From a virus (lineage: Duplodnaviria > Caudoviricetes), in IMG/VR virus record IMGVR_UViG_3300004369_000017, positions 1 to 57,164 of that record: DNA of 57,164 bases. One strand, written 5' to 3'. Under the pieces are notes generated by a model. It worked only from the letters and a program-made list of their open reading frames with translations. It was not told the origin of the DNA and ran no database searches. Every line of letters starts with the position of its first letter. Position 1 is the first letter of the stretch. Position numbers and translations under genes: made by a program. Shown here piece by piece: positions 48,466 through 55,857 of this stretch.

Positions 48466-49265
48466 TAATCTACCACCTTATATGATTTAGCTGATTCCGG
48501 TGTCAAAAACGGTTGATCTACAAACCCGTCTGTGAATTCATGAGGCTGAGACAATCTTTCTCTTTCTTTATTCATTGCAAGTCTCATTTTTTCCATATCT
48601 ACCCCATACTCTTTAATGATCTCTGGATTTTTGATCAAGTACAATATCCAGTCTTTGAAATTCTCTTTGCTGTCTTCAAGCTTTTTTACTCGCTGCTCTC
48701 TGGTTGCTCGCATTTCTTTCAACATGCCATTCTTTTTAACCTGCATGTCACGATAGTCTCTATTCATGGACTCCTGAGAGGCTCTGAGAGACGATATCTG
48801 ACGTTCAGAGTTCATGATGAGTTCTCTATCCTGTTGGCTGATGTCTTGATGTCTCTCGATCAACACGAGCCTCTCAAGTAGCTCAATCTGCTCCATACCT
48901 GAGCGATTCATCTTCAAGCAGCGATTCATAAGCAATTCAAGCTTGATCAGGTCGACCACCTGCAACTCTTCTGTTGGTGTTACATCATCCCTAAACTGAG
49001 AAACGATTCTAGACCAATGGTAGACAAACAAGTCTAACTCAGATTGTGCAAACTGCTGTGTAATTTCATACCAGTATGGACGCTCTTTAAGATCAAAAAC
49101 AGCAGATTCTTCTTCTGATACTTGAAGCCTCACCTTTCTCTTTACAAAGTTTTCTACAGAAAGTGGGTCTCTGTCAAGGTGTGTCGCAATTTCGTCTACA
49201 GTTTGGCTTGTTGCATTCTCAAGCATGTAGTCCATTTCTTCACGAGAAAATCTACCCTTCTTCAT
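48465..49265 (-). CDS. HTH plus coiled-coil protein, candidate terminase small subunit
   Basis: N-terminal 'GRFSREE...TVDEIATHLDRDPLSV' HTH-like segment and a long coiled coil, upstream of terL. Start moved to follow the GGGAG RBS. Confidence 0.45.
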   Translation of the reverse strand: MKKGRFSREEMDYMLENATSQTVDEIATHLDRDPLSVENFVKRKVRLQVSEEESAVFDLKERPYWYEITQQFAQSELDLFVYHWSRIVSQFRDDVTPTEELQVVDLIKLELLMNRCLKMNRSGMEQIELLERLVLIERHQDISQQDRELIMNSERQISSLRASQESMNRDYRDMQVKKNGMLKEMRATREQRVKKLEDSKENFKDWILYLIKNPEIIKEYGVDMEKMRLAMNKERERLSQPHEFTDGFVDQPFLTPESAKSYKVVD

Positions 49266-49779
49266 CTTCATTCTCCCTGTCAATGCCAAACTCAACTAAA
49301 ATAGCCTTGACTTCATCCATCACTTGCTCTCTTCGCTTTTTAGGTAGATATGCATCGTTTACTACTTTTAAATAGTCCATACGTAGAGAAGCGGGTAAGT
49401 GACGGTCAACCAGACTTTTCATCGCAGCCATATCCAAAGCGTGAGAATCCACTTTAAATTTTTCACTACCGTCAAGTAGTAGGTCTTCATTATCAAGCTG
49501 TGCTGGCTGTATGATTTTACCTTTATCGGAACTTGGATCGTTATGATGGTTGTCTCTTACGAAGTTCTTTAAGCGGTTAGAGAGATGTACGGCTAAAAAG
49601 TTCTCCAACGGCTTTCCGGGGTGGTAACGAGGCAAGGCTTCCATACATATAATAAACGCTTCCTGCTGCAAGTCAGCTACTACAAAGCCGGGAAATACAT
49701 AATTATGGGCAATCCTATTCACGACCCTAGTGATTGTATCCACTACTTCATCTTTTTCCATTCCTTCTGGTACTAACAT
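49252..49779 (-). CDS. Sigma-70-like factor (region 2 recognisable)
   Basis: 'VNRIAHNY...DLQQEAFIICMEALPRY......LENFLAVHLSNRLKNFVRD' matches sigma region 2. A region 4 HTH is not evident. Confidence 0.7.
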   Translation of the reverse strand: MLVPEGMEKDEVVDTITRVVNRIAHNYVFPGFVVADLQQEAFIICMEALPRYHPGKPLENFLAVHLSNRLKNFVRDNHHNDPSSDKGKIIQPAQLDNEDLLLDGSEKFKVDSHALDMAAMKSLVDRHLPASLRMDYLKVVNDAYLPKKRREQVMDEVKAILVEFGIDRENEDEEG

Positions 49780-49780
49780 A

Positions 49781-50551
49781 CTATTCCTCCGTTTTTATCT
49801 TTAGCCATTTATCACCAGTTCCTAATTCAAGACATTTTGAATCACTGTTATAGATAATAGTTGCCTCGGAAGGTTCCGGCCTATTGCTATTGTTGAATGG
49901 TTTAAGTTTTATTGAAGAAATTGACAGACCAGATTTGTTAACAAGCGATAGTAGCTTAGTTCTTAGCTCAATAGCACCTTCATGTTTCGAAATTGCCCCA
50001 ATGATATCTTTAGCAGTGAGTATCTCTAATAGCTCCCCACTGTCAATGGATTGTATCCTGCCGTCGAGCCTTCCAAGAAGTGTCTTTTCAGGTAACTCAA
50101 CAGGCGTGGGAGTTTGCGGGGAACTGGAACATAAGACTGAATATGCCCCCTGTAGAGCCTCATTGTAGGAAGGAGGTAAATACGTAGAGATGGTTATGTG
50201 GGTGTCAAGCTCAGAAAACGTCACCCTCCTACCCGGAATGAGAGGGGTCATCTGGTATCCATCCCAATAGGACAGGGGTGTATTGCGTACTAGGTATATA
50301 GGGGATGGTTGTTTGTTTTTAGTTCTTTGCTTTAATAGATAGCCCACTCCCCTCTCACATTGTACTAACCTATTAGCTTTATATTGCTGTATCTCGTAGA
50401 AGAAGTTCTGATCAAAGCCTACTTCTTGTTCAATCCCTGTTGTGAAATACTCCCCACGTAGATCATTGAAATTCTTGAGTAACGCAGGAGAGTCTAGCTT
50501 TAAATTAGTGGAGTCTTTTACAAGTACTCCTAAAGATAGCCCCTTAGTCAT
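49781..50551 (-). CDS. Hypothetical protein
   Basis: Start moved to ATG 50551 (MTKGLSLG), overlapping the end of a small upstream ORF. C-terminal 'TIIYNSDSKCLE...WL' resembles fibre modules. Confidence 0.65.
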   Translation of the reverse strand: MTKGLSLGVLVKDSTNLKLDSPALLKNFNDLRGEYFTTGIEQEVGFDQNFFYEIQQYKANRLVQCERGVGYLLKQRTKNKQPSPIYLVRNTPLSYWDGYQMTPLIPGRRVTFSELDTHITISTYLPPSYNEALQGAYSVLCSSSPQTPTPVELPEKTLLGRLDGRIQSIDSGELLEILTAKDIIGAISKHEGAIELRTKLLSLVNKSGLSISSIKLKPFNNSNRPEPSEATIIYNSDSKCLELGTGDKWLKIKTEE

Positions 50552-50690
50552 TCTGTTCATCCTCTTCTGAATCAAGCAAATCAGCGAGAGACTTGTCAGG
50601 GGCGGTTAGCTCTTGTTCGATCTCACACTCAAGGGACGCGGTTGCTTTGCAGCACAACTCAGAACTACAGGTTTGCGGTGTTTTCTTCAT
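50544..50690 (-). CDS. 48-aa acidic, Cys-containing protein; first gene of the late cluster
   Basis: GAGGAG RBS. MKKTPQTCSSELCCKATASLECEIEQELTAPDKSLADLLDSEEDEQND. Below the ORF-track size cut-off. Confidence 0.65.
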   Translation of the reverse strand: MKKTPQTCSSELCCKATASLECEIEQELTAPDKSLADLLDSEEDEQND

Positions 50691-50747
50691 TTTAGCTCCT
50701 CTTTTTAAACTATTTTGAGAATCTTACAACATTTCATACACTTTTTG

Positions 50748-50776
50748 TTGACAGATGACGAAACTTAGACTATAAC
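50748..50776 (+). promoter_or_regulatory. Sigma70-type promoter, divergent from the late cluster
   Basis: TTGACA-17 bp-TATAAC. Confidence 0.65.
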
Positions 50777-50779
50777 TAG

Positions 50780-51040
50780 TGGCGAGTATTCAGAACTTCG
50801 CCGTTTCTGAAAATATGTCTAGTTAAGCAATCTGGTGTCTGAGACGTACCAGCGAGGGGCTTCCCTCTGAGTCAGGAACGAGCAGGGGATGGTTAGGGGT
50901 GGAGAGCTAGTGATCACAAACTAGTAAACCTGTGGCAGTGCAAGTAGGGAGTGAACCTTCTCCCCACACCGTAGAAGGCACTGGTGGGTTGCCCGCTAAT
51001 GAGTATCTTGATTACCAGAGGCTCACGCTTCTATGGTGGT
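50780..51040 (+). ncRNA. Candidate structured non-coding RNA or long leader
   Basis: GC-rich, with no ORF in the track, directly after a promoter. At least six stems and two possible pseudoknots. Confidence 0.5.
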
Positions 51041-51054
51041 AAAAGGGACGTGGT

Positions 51055-51264
51055 ATGCACAATGATAATGAAGAAATAGACGGTCTTATGTCGCAAGTCA
51101 GGTTGTTAACTGACTGGAAGGGTTTCTACGATATTAAAAATCCCATAACTCTAAGGTATGTTTTTAATGTTCACACAGGAAGAGGTCTATCTAATAACGA
51201 CTGGCTGTTCTACACTCTTCCACTCTATGCAAGGAGCGCGCCATGTCGCCGTAAAATACAGTAA
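51055..51264 (+). CDS. Hypothetical protein
   Basis: 69 aa, AGGGA RBS, TAATG-coupled to the next ORF. Confidence 0.5.
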   Translation: MHNDNEEIDGLMSQVRLLTDWKGFYDIKNPITLRYVFNVHTGRGLSNNDWLFYTLPLYARSAPCRRKIQ

Positions 51265-51491
51265 TGAAAATTCTAATGAATCAAATAAAAAAAAGGAACG
51301 GTGTACAAAGAACCATGAAAGAACATTTAGCAGATCTACTTAAAGCCAACCTAAATATCTGCTTCCAAAACATTTCATCTGACCTATTCTATAGAAATAG
51401 ACAGTTACATGCTAAGAATATCGATAAGTTAGGCTACAGGCTTTTTAACGGTCAAAGCGACATGCTAATAGCCGCATATAGGATGAATTAG
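51264..51491 (+). CDS. Hypothetical protein
   Basis: 75 aa, tightly packed with its neighbours. Confidence 0.45.
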   Translation: MKILMNQIKKRNGVQRTMKEHLADLLKANLNICFQNISSDLFYRNRQLHAKNIDKLGYRLFNGQSDMLIAAYRMN

Positions 51492-51701
51492 ATGCCACAT
51501 AAAATGCTCTATGAAGAAGATTACTTAAAACGTAGTTGTTTTAGACAATTTGCTGGGATTAATACTACAAGAGCTAGTATGCTCCAGAATGGAATGATTG
51601 TAAATATACCAGATATACTAAAAGGTAAAACCGCACACCCTCTTGGGATAATATCACTAATTCTTACAGGTAGATTTAGAAAAGTTGTTGTGTCATCTTG
51701 A
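51492..51701 (+). CDS. Hypothetical protein
   Basis: 69 aa. ATG immediately follows the previous TAG. Confidence 0.4.
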   Translation: MPHKMLYEEDYLKRSCFRQFAGINTTRASMLQNGMIVNIPDILKGKTAHPLGIISLILTGRFRKVVVSS

Positions 51702-51750
51702 AGAAGCACGAAGTTTATTACAACACAAAAAACAAGACAATAAGAAATAA

Positions 51751-52536
51751 ATGAAACAATATTGGTTCTTCGCCAACAACGAACTCACAGTTAAGTACAA
51801 AGAGTATTGTGACATGACTCTTGCAATGCTGGCGAGTCAATCCATCAATGCCCCCGACTTAATCCCCCTCATGATATATGATGGTGAGCCTTGCGAGTTT
51901 ACTAGGCTCGTAGAGGAATCAGGGGCAACCATCCTGTATCACAAATATTCCCTCATTGACACTATTGCGGAGAACCCACTGTGGGAAGATGTGCGGTTCC
52001 AAAGAATTACTCGCGGCACCTATCTACGTCTCGATATCCCCACCTTGTTTGAGAAGCATCAACTCAACTCATCCCTCCCCGTCTTGTATACAGACATTGA
52101 CGTTATCTTCCTGCGTCAGCCGCCGCCCTTTGAACTTGGAAACGCCCCCTTTGCATGTGCTCCAGAATTTGACAAAGAAGACTACTGTAACATCAACGCG
52201 GGGGTTATGTACATAAATATAGAGGGGATGTCGCAAACTCGCCACGCCCTCTGTAAGTATATCAAACAGCACCACTTAGACACAACCGCCTATGATCAGG
52301 GGATTTTACGAGGGTTTTATACTGGACAATGGGGGCATCTGCCGATAGAATACAACTGGAAGCCCTATTGGGGGATCAATGAAAACGCCCTACTTGTACA
52401 TTACCACGGTCCCAAAGCTTTCATGAGGGGCAGTCAGCACGTAGAAAATAGCATCAAAGATTTGCAAGTAGGCGGCTACGCCTACTACTGTGGAGTCTAC
52501 GATGCCTACCTGAACATATTCAACAGGGTGTCATAA
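51751..52536 (+). CDS. Family 8 glycosyltransferase
   Basis: 'TYLRLDIP...VLYTDIDVIF...INAGVMYIN...DQGIL...LPIEYNW...HYHGPK'. Confidence 0.9.
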   Translation: MKQYWFFANNELTVKYKEYCDMTLAMLASQSINAPDLIPLMIYDGEPCEFTRLVEESGATILYHKYSLIDTIAENPLWEDVRFQRITRGTYLRLDIPTLFEKHQLNSSLPVLYTDIDVIFLRQPPPFELGNAPFACAPEFDKEDYCNINAGVMYINIEGMSQTRHALCKYIKQHHLDTTAYDQGILRGFYTGQWGHLPIEYNWKPYWGINENALLVHYHGPKAFMRGSQHVENSIKDLQVGGYAYYCGVYDAYLNIFNRVS

Positions 52537-52539
52537 ACA

Positions 52540-52758
52540 ATGTCTGAAAAAGTCTTTTTCAAGCTTAAGGATAGTCTAGGCATATTTAATTCGTGGCTGT
52601 TTTTCACTGTATATGAACAGAAAAGGGGCATTATGATGAATACGTTTCGCACACCTCTGTATGTAGAATCAGAAAATATGATGGAAGATGAAATTAAGCT
52701 ACGCGAGTTGCAGTCGTGGTACATGTCGCCTGCCAGCGATTCAGAGGGTGCCGAATGA
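52540..52758 (+). CDS. Hypothetical protein (true start may be 52633)
   Basis: ORF follows the GT8 gene. An AGGGG RBS precedes the internal ATG. Confidence 0.3.
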   Translation: MSEKVFFKLKDSLGIFNSWLFFTVYEQKRGIMMNTFRTPLYVESENMMEDEIKLRELQSWYMSPASDSEGAE

Positions 52759-52938
52759 GGCAATGGGCGAGGATTAGAAAATACATTTCCGAGGGGCCGA
52801 GTGAAGATGTATGGACCACCCCGCGTTTTTGGACAGATTCAGACACATTCCGATCTGAAGATAAAACCCCACCCTAGTTGTACAGTGTACAAACGCATTT
52901 TATTTGTAAAATTCTGAGAAAATACTTGCTTTTACCTG

Positions 52939-52967
52939 TGGATTCAGCTCTGAAAATACGATATAAT
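52939..52967 (+). promoter_or_regulatory. Early-type promoter
   Basis: TGGATT-17-TATAAT with AT-rich upstream sequence. The -35 is weak. Confidence 0.5.
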
Positions 52968-53009
52968 ACTTAGACGCGAGTGACAAACACATAACATCGG
53001 AGAGAAGCA

Positions 53010-53159
53010 GTGTTCGGAATCACCAAAGAGCAGCAACTCATTTTGAATGAACTCATGCGGGACGGATTCGAATGTCACGTTGATAAGAATGGTTGGACGA
53101 TTGGCGGTCAAACGTTCAGCACCCTTGAAGAAGCTCTAGAATACGCGGGGACGCTCTAA
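53010..53159 (+). CDS. 49-aa microprotein, VDxxGW family member 1
   Basis: GGAGA RBS and GTG start. MFGITKEQQLILNELMRDGFECHVDKNGWTIGGQTFSTLEEALEYAGTL. Confidence 0.75.
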   Translation: MFGITKEQQLILNELMRDGFECHVDKNGWTIGGQTFSTLEEALEYAGTL

Positions 53160-53254
53160 TGTACGAATCGATTCAGGATGCCATGCCGTTTGTGTTTGGT
53201 GCAATGTCTTTTCTGGCAATCATGATGTTTCTGGAAAATAAAGAAATTCTTTAA
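53159..53254 (+). CDS. 31-aa hydrophobic (single transmembrane-like) peptide
   Basis: TAATG-coupled. MYESIQDAMPFVFGAMSFLAIMMFLENKEIL. Confidence 0.55.
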   Translation: MYESIQDAMPFVFGAMSFLAIMMFLENKEIL

Positions 53255-53262
53255 GATTAGAC

Positions 53263-53290
53263 TTGCACCGTTGACGATAGTTGTTATAAT
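53263..53290 (+). promoter_or_regulatory. Early-type promoter
   Basis: TTGCAC-16-TATAAT with an extended TG, followed by ACACTCTCACA. Confidence 0.65.
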
Positions 53291-53322
53291 ACACTCTCAC
53301 AAGCAACGAACCAAAGAAAACA

Positions 53323-53496
53323 ATGATGATTACTGAAACCCACGACAACAAACAGTACACTGGCCGAACTTCACTTGACATTGCTTTGCAGGTTGCGAGT
53401 GATCGCGATGACGCCAGCCGCCAGCAGCGACGTTACAACCGTCGCCCATATGTTGGGCAGAAATGCTCTGAAGATCGTAAACTGAGGAACAAATGA
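53323..53496 (+). CDS. 57-aa hypothetical protein
   Basis: MMITETHDNKQYTGRTSLDIALQ...; ATGA overlap with the next gene. Confidence 0.6.
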   Translation: MMITETHDNKQYTGRTSLDIALQVASDRDDASRQQRRYNRRPYVGQKCSEDRKLRNK

Positions 53497-53675
53497 TTCA
53501 CCCGCAAGATCAGCTTATCGTGGACAGGATGTTCCGCGATGGGTTTGAGTTGAAGATTGTGAAAAACGGTTGGCAATTGATTGATCCAATGGGGGGGAAA
53601 CAAACGTTCTCAACATTTGGATTATTGAAGCAAGCAAACCCCTGTTATTGGAATGATGAACATGCGTCACGATGA
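53493..53675 (+). CDS. 60-aa microprotein, VDxxGW family member 2
   Basis: GAGGA RBS. 'QLIVDRMFRDGFELKIVKNGWQL....GGKQTFSTF' aligns with member 1. Confidence 0.75.
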   Translation: MIHPQDQLIVDRMFRDGFELKIVKNGWQLIDPMGGKQTFSTFGLLKQANPCYWNDEHASR

Positions 53676-54150
53676 ACTGAGAGAATTGATTACTGCTCAC
53701 GAAAACTGTACTATACAGGCGGCTCGCGACCATATCGCGAAGGCTATCCGTGTTCTGGTAAATGCTGAGTTCACGGATGGCCAGTCTATCCGTGACAGGA
53801 TTATCGAAGTATATAATGAAGGAGCAGGAAGGCATTTCATTGCCGCCATTCGTGAATATCGTTCACTGACAGAAGCAAGTCTTAAAGATGCCAAGCACAA
53901 GGTAGAAGAAATCACAGGCCACAAGCCAATTGATCCTAAGATTTCTATCTCTTTGCAAGAGTTTCAAAGTCTTGATCAGGGAGTCGCCTGCAAACCCGAC
54001 AATATCCGCCTCGGACAGGCGTACATGATTGAACTATATAAGCTCAGTCCAGCAATATACAATCTAGTAATAGCTAAGGGGCTGGACTGCTTCCATGAAG
54101 ACGACAAGTATGCCGCCGTGAGACTGTTTGTTCACGACTTTATCAAGTAG
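53653..54150 (+). CDS. Protein with a ribosomal bL12 (L7/L12) C-terminal-like domain
   Basis: 'FIAAIREYRSLTEASLKDAKHKVE' resembles the bL12 motif 'KI.VIK.VR..TGL.LKEAK..VE'. Confidence 0.65.
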   Translation: MMNMRHDELRELITAHENCTIQAARDHIAKAIRVLVNAEFTDGQSIRDRIIEVYNEGAGRHFIAAIREYRSLTEASLKDAKHKVEEITGHKPIDPKISISLQEFQSLDQGVACKPDNIRLGQAYMIELYKLSPAIYNLVIAKGLDCFHEDDKYAAVRLFVHDFIK

Positions 54151-54209
54151 CGTCTCATCTTAACCACCAGCCTAGCCCGCTGGCGAGTCTGTTTATTCAA
54201 TTCCAGAAT

Positions 54210-54259
54210 AAATCGGCCCGCCAAAATTGTTGTAAGTCTATACGCTGTAACGACTTGCG
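54210..54259. repeat. Dispersed ~50-bp repeat, copy 1
   Basis: AAATCGGCCCGCCAAAATTGTT then GTAAGTCTATA-cgctg-TAACGACTTGC. Confidence 0.85.
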
Positions 54260-54310
54260 TTGACAAAATAAAAACTTTTTATTTCTTTCTGTTTTTCTAT
54301 TGCTTTGGGG

Positions 54311-54338
54311 TTGTGAGTGTCGATAGATAGAGTATAAT
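54311..54338 (+). promoter_or_regulatory. Early-type promoter
   Basis: TTGTGA-16-TATAAT. Related in sequence to the promoter at 56485. Confidence 0.6.
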
Positions 54339-54387
54339 ACGCTTATCAGAAACAACAATTTGTTACAAATGACTCAGGAGAAACACG

Positions 54388-54534
54388 ATGACGACTTCAC
54401 TCACACAAGCACAGCGAATCACCCTGATGGAATTGCGACGACAAAACGCTGACATGTACGTTGATAGTTACGGTTGGTGGTTGCAAGGCGTTGTCTATCC
54501 TACGCTGGAAGCTCTGCTGAATGCTGCTGGCTAA
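54388..54534 (+). CDS. 48-aa microprotein, VDxxGW family member 3
   Basis: CAGGAG RBS. MTTSLTQAQRITLMELRRQNADMYVDSYGWWLQGVVYPTLEALLNAAG. Confidence 0.75.
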   Translation: MTTSLTQAQRITLMELRRQNADMYVDSYGWWLQGVVYPTLEALLNAAG

Positions 54535-54559
54535 TTGTGAAAATTATTCGAAACCAAGC

Positions 54560-54588
54560 TTGACATTGCAAACGCTATCGATTAGAAT
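54560..54588 (+). promoter_or_regulatory. Early-type promoter
   Basis: TTGACA-17-TAGAAT. Confidence 0.8.
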
Positions 54589-54612
54589 ACCCCTTCACAG
54601 CAACCAACCCTT

Positions 54613-54756
54613 TGGAGAGTTACCATGGAAGCTACCCACATTGATGACATTCTGACCGCTGAAGAAAAGGCTGCACGAGAGTTCTGGGGGGTTACGATGG
54701 AAGATACCCACATTGATGACATTCTGACCGCTGACGAAAAGGCTGCACGAGAGTTC
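54613..54756 (+). repeat. 72-bp near-perfect tandem duplication that includes the RBS and start codon
   Basis: 54613-54684 and 54685-54756 differ at only a few positions. Confidence 0.9.
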
Positions 54757-54843
54757 GCCGAATACTTTGAAGAATTTGGGCGAATTGAACGTGAGAACAA
54801 TGACTCAAAAGAATTGATTGAAGAAATGGAAAATTTCTTCTAA
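54625..54843 (+). CDS. Very acidic 72-aa protein
   Basis: GGAG RBS and its own promoter. Duplicated 'MExTHIDDILTAxEKAAREF'. Confidence 0.75.
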   Translation: MEATHIDDILTAEEKAAREFWGVTMEDTHIDDILTADEKAAREFAEYFEEFGRIERENNDSKELIEEMENFF

Positions 54844-54850
54844 AACAGGG

Positions 54851-54879
54851 TTGACGGGCTACAGTGGGGCGGTTATAAT
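54851..54879 (+). promoter_or_regulatory. Early-type promoter
   Basis: TTGACG-17-TATAAT, with the -10 box flanked by the GGCGGT/ACCGCC inverted repeat. Confidence 0.8.
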
Positions 54880-54925
54880 ACCGCCTCACCTTTCTCACTT
54901 GTACTACACCATACGGAAAGCTGTC

Positions 54926-55105
54926 ATGAACGATCTTAACGCGCTGCACCTTGACAACACAGATTTCTGGTCTGACATTGAATTCTGGATGGATTCTGTC
55001 CACTTTTGGACAAACCAACTTACTAAGTATGGCGACAAAAACGGTTTCTACGCTAAGTTGATTAAACAGGCGTGGGGACAGGTCGATTATTACCTATTCG
55101 GCTGA
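54926..55105 (+). CDS. 59-aa hypothetical protein
   Basis: Start moved to ATG 54926 (MNDLNALHLD), downstream of the promoter. Confidence 0.65.
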   Translation: MNDLNALHLDNTDFWSDIEFWMDSVHFWTNQLTKYGDKNGFYAKLIKQAWGQVDYYLFG

Positions 55106-55132
55106 TCACTAAACCGATGGCTTGCAATGTGC

Positions 55133-55186
55133 AAAAAATCGGCCCCGCCAAAATTGCCGTAACTCCTGTGATGGTAACGACTTACG
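55133..55186. repeat. Dispersed ~50-bp repeat, copy 2
   Basis: AAAAAATCGGCCCCGCCAAAATTGCC then GTAACTCCTGT-gatgg-TAACGACTTAC. Confidence 0.85.
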
Positions 55187-55232
55187 AGGAGTATTTTCTT
55201 TTTATTTTTTTTCATTTTCTTATGGCTTAGGC

Positions 55233-55261
55233 TTGACTTAGCAGAGCAAATAGACGATAAT
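55233..55261 (+). promoter_or_regulatory. Early-type promoter
   Basis: TTGACT-17-GATAAT after a T-rich tract. Confidence 0.65.
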
Positions 55262-55300
55262 ACGTATATAATAAACAATCACAATCACGAGAGAAACACA

Positions 55301-55516
55301 ATGCTAATCAAGACACGCGGACTGACAGTTGGTAGTATCATGGCTTCTGGCGAAAAGGTGATCGGCACCAACGAAGAAGATCACTACTATACAGGCAAAC
55401 CAGTGCTCAGAGTGGTACTAAGCAAAGAAGTTGACGGCGGCTACAAGAATCGTGTCGCCTACTGGAATCTGAACGGAAATGTTTTTGTCAAACAGCTTGC
55501 AACCCGCTTTGCTTGA
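55301..55516 (+). CDS. Hypothetical protein
   Basis: 71 aa, lying between two promoters. Confidence 0.7.
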   Translation: MLIKTRGLTVGSIMASGEKVIGTNEEDHYYTGKPVLRVVLSKEVDGGYKNRVAYWNLNGNVFVKQLATRFA

Positions 55517-55518
55517 GC

Positions 55519-55547
55519 TTGACAGACAAGCCAGATTCGACTACAAT
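55519..55547 (+). promoter_or_regulatory. Early-type promoter
   Basis: TTGACA-17-TACAAT, followed by ACGCTCTCACAG. Confidence 0.8.
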
Positions 55548-55586
55548 ACGCTCTCACAGTAACTAACTCAAACAGGACGCAAGAAG

Positions 55587-55796
55587 ATGCCACGACCAGA
55601 AAAGAACCTTTGGTATTCAGTACGTATTGACGGCGTTGTCCCCAGCGATTTCTCACAGGAACTCGATTTCCTGATGGTCGCACAATACGAGGGGTGCAAC
55701 TACGAAGTGGCTGATCAGTCACAATTCGACGGTGCATATGACAGGGGCAGGGGTAAGAATATCCTAAAATTCAAATTTGTTGAGATGTTCGGTTGA
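55587..55796 (+). CDS. Hypothetical protein
   Basis: 69 aa, CAGGA RBS, own promoter. Confidence 0.7.
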   Translation: MPRPEKNLWYSVRIDGVVPSDFSQELDFLMVAQYEGCNYEVADQSQFDGAYDRGRGKNILKFKFVEMFG

Positions 55797-55821
55797 AAGC
55801 CAGAAACGGTTCCGCTATAAT
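55793..55821 (+). promoter_or_regulatory. Early-type promoter
   Basis: TTGAAA-17-TATAAT, followed by ACGCCCTCACAG. Confidence 0.8.
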
Positions 55822-55857
55822 ACGCCCTCACAGTTAACACCTCACAGGAACGCTACT

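Noticed and set aside
237-50168. Many short plus-strand and nested ORFs within the late cluster
   Set aside because: They are antisense or out-of-frame shadows of long, motif-bearing, tightly coupled minus-strand genes.
50780-51040. tRNA, tmRNA or RNase P identity for the structured region
   Set aside because: No cloverleaf with T-loop GTTCRA and CCA end, no tmRNA-like termini, and no RNase P GAGGAAAGTCC motif were seen.
51264-51701. In-frame TAG-ATG junction suggesting stop-codon reassignment
   Set aside because: Long genes are intact under the standard code, and TAG ends genes cleanly elsewhere (for example at 209 and 30797).
54260-54290. TTGACA immediately after repeat copy 1 as a promoter
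   Set aside because: No acceptable -10 hexamer lies at 16-18 bp spacing.
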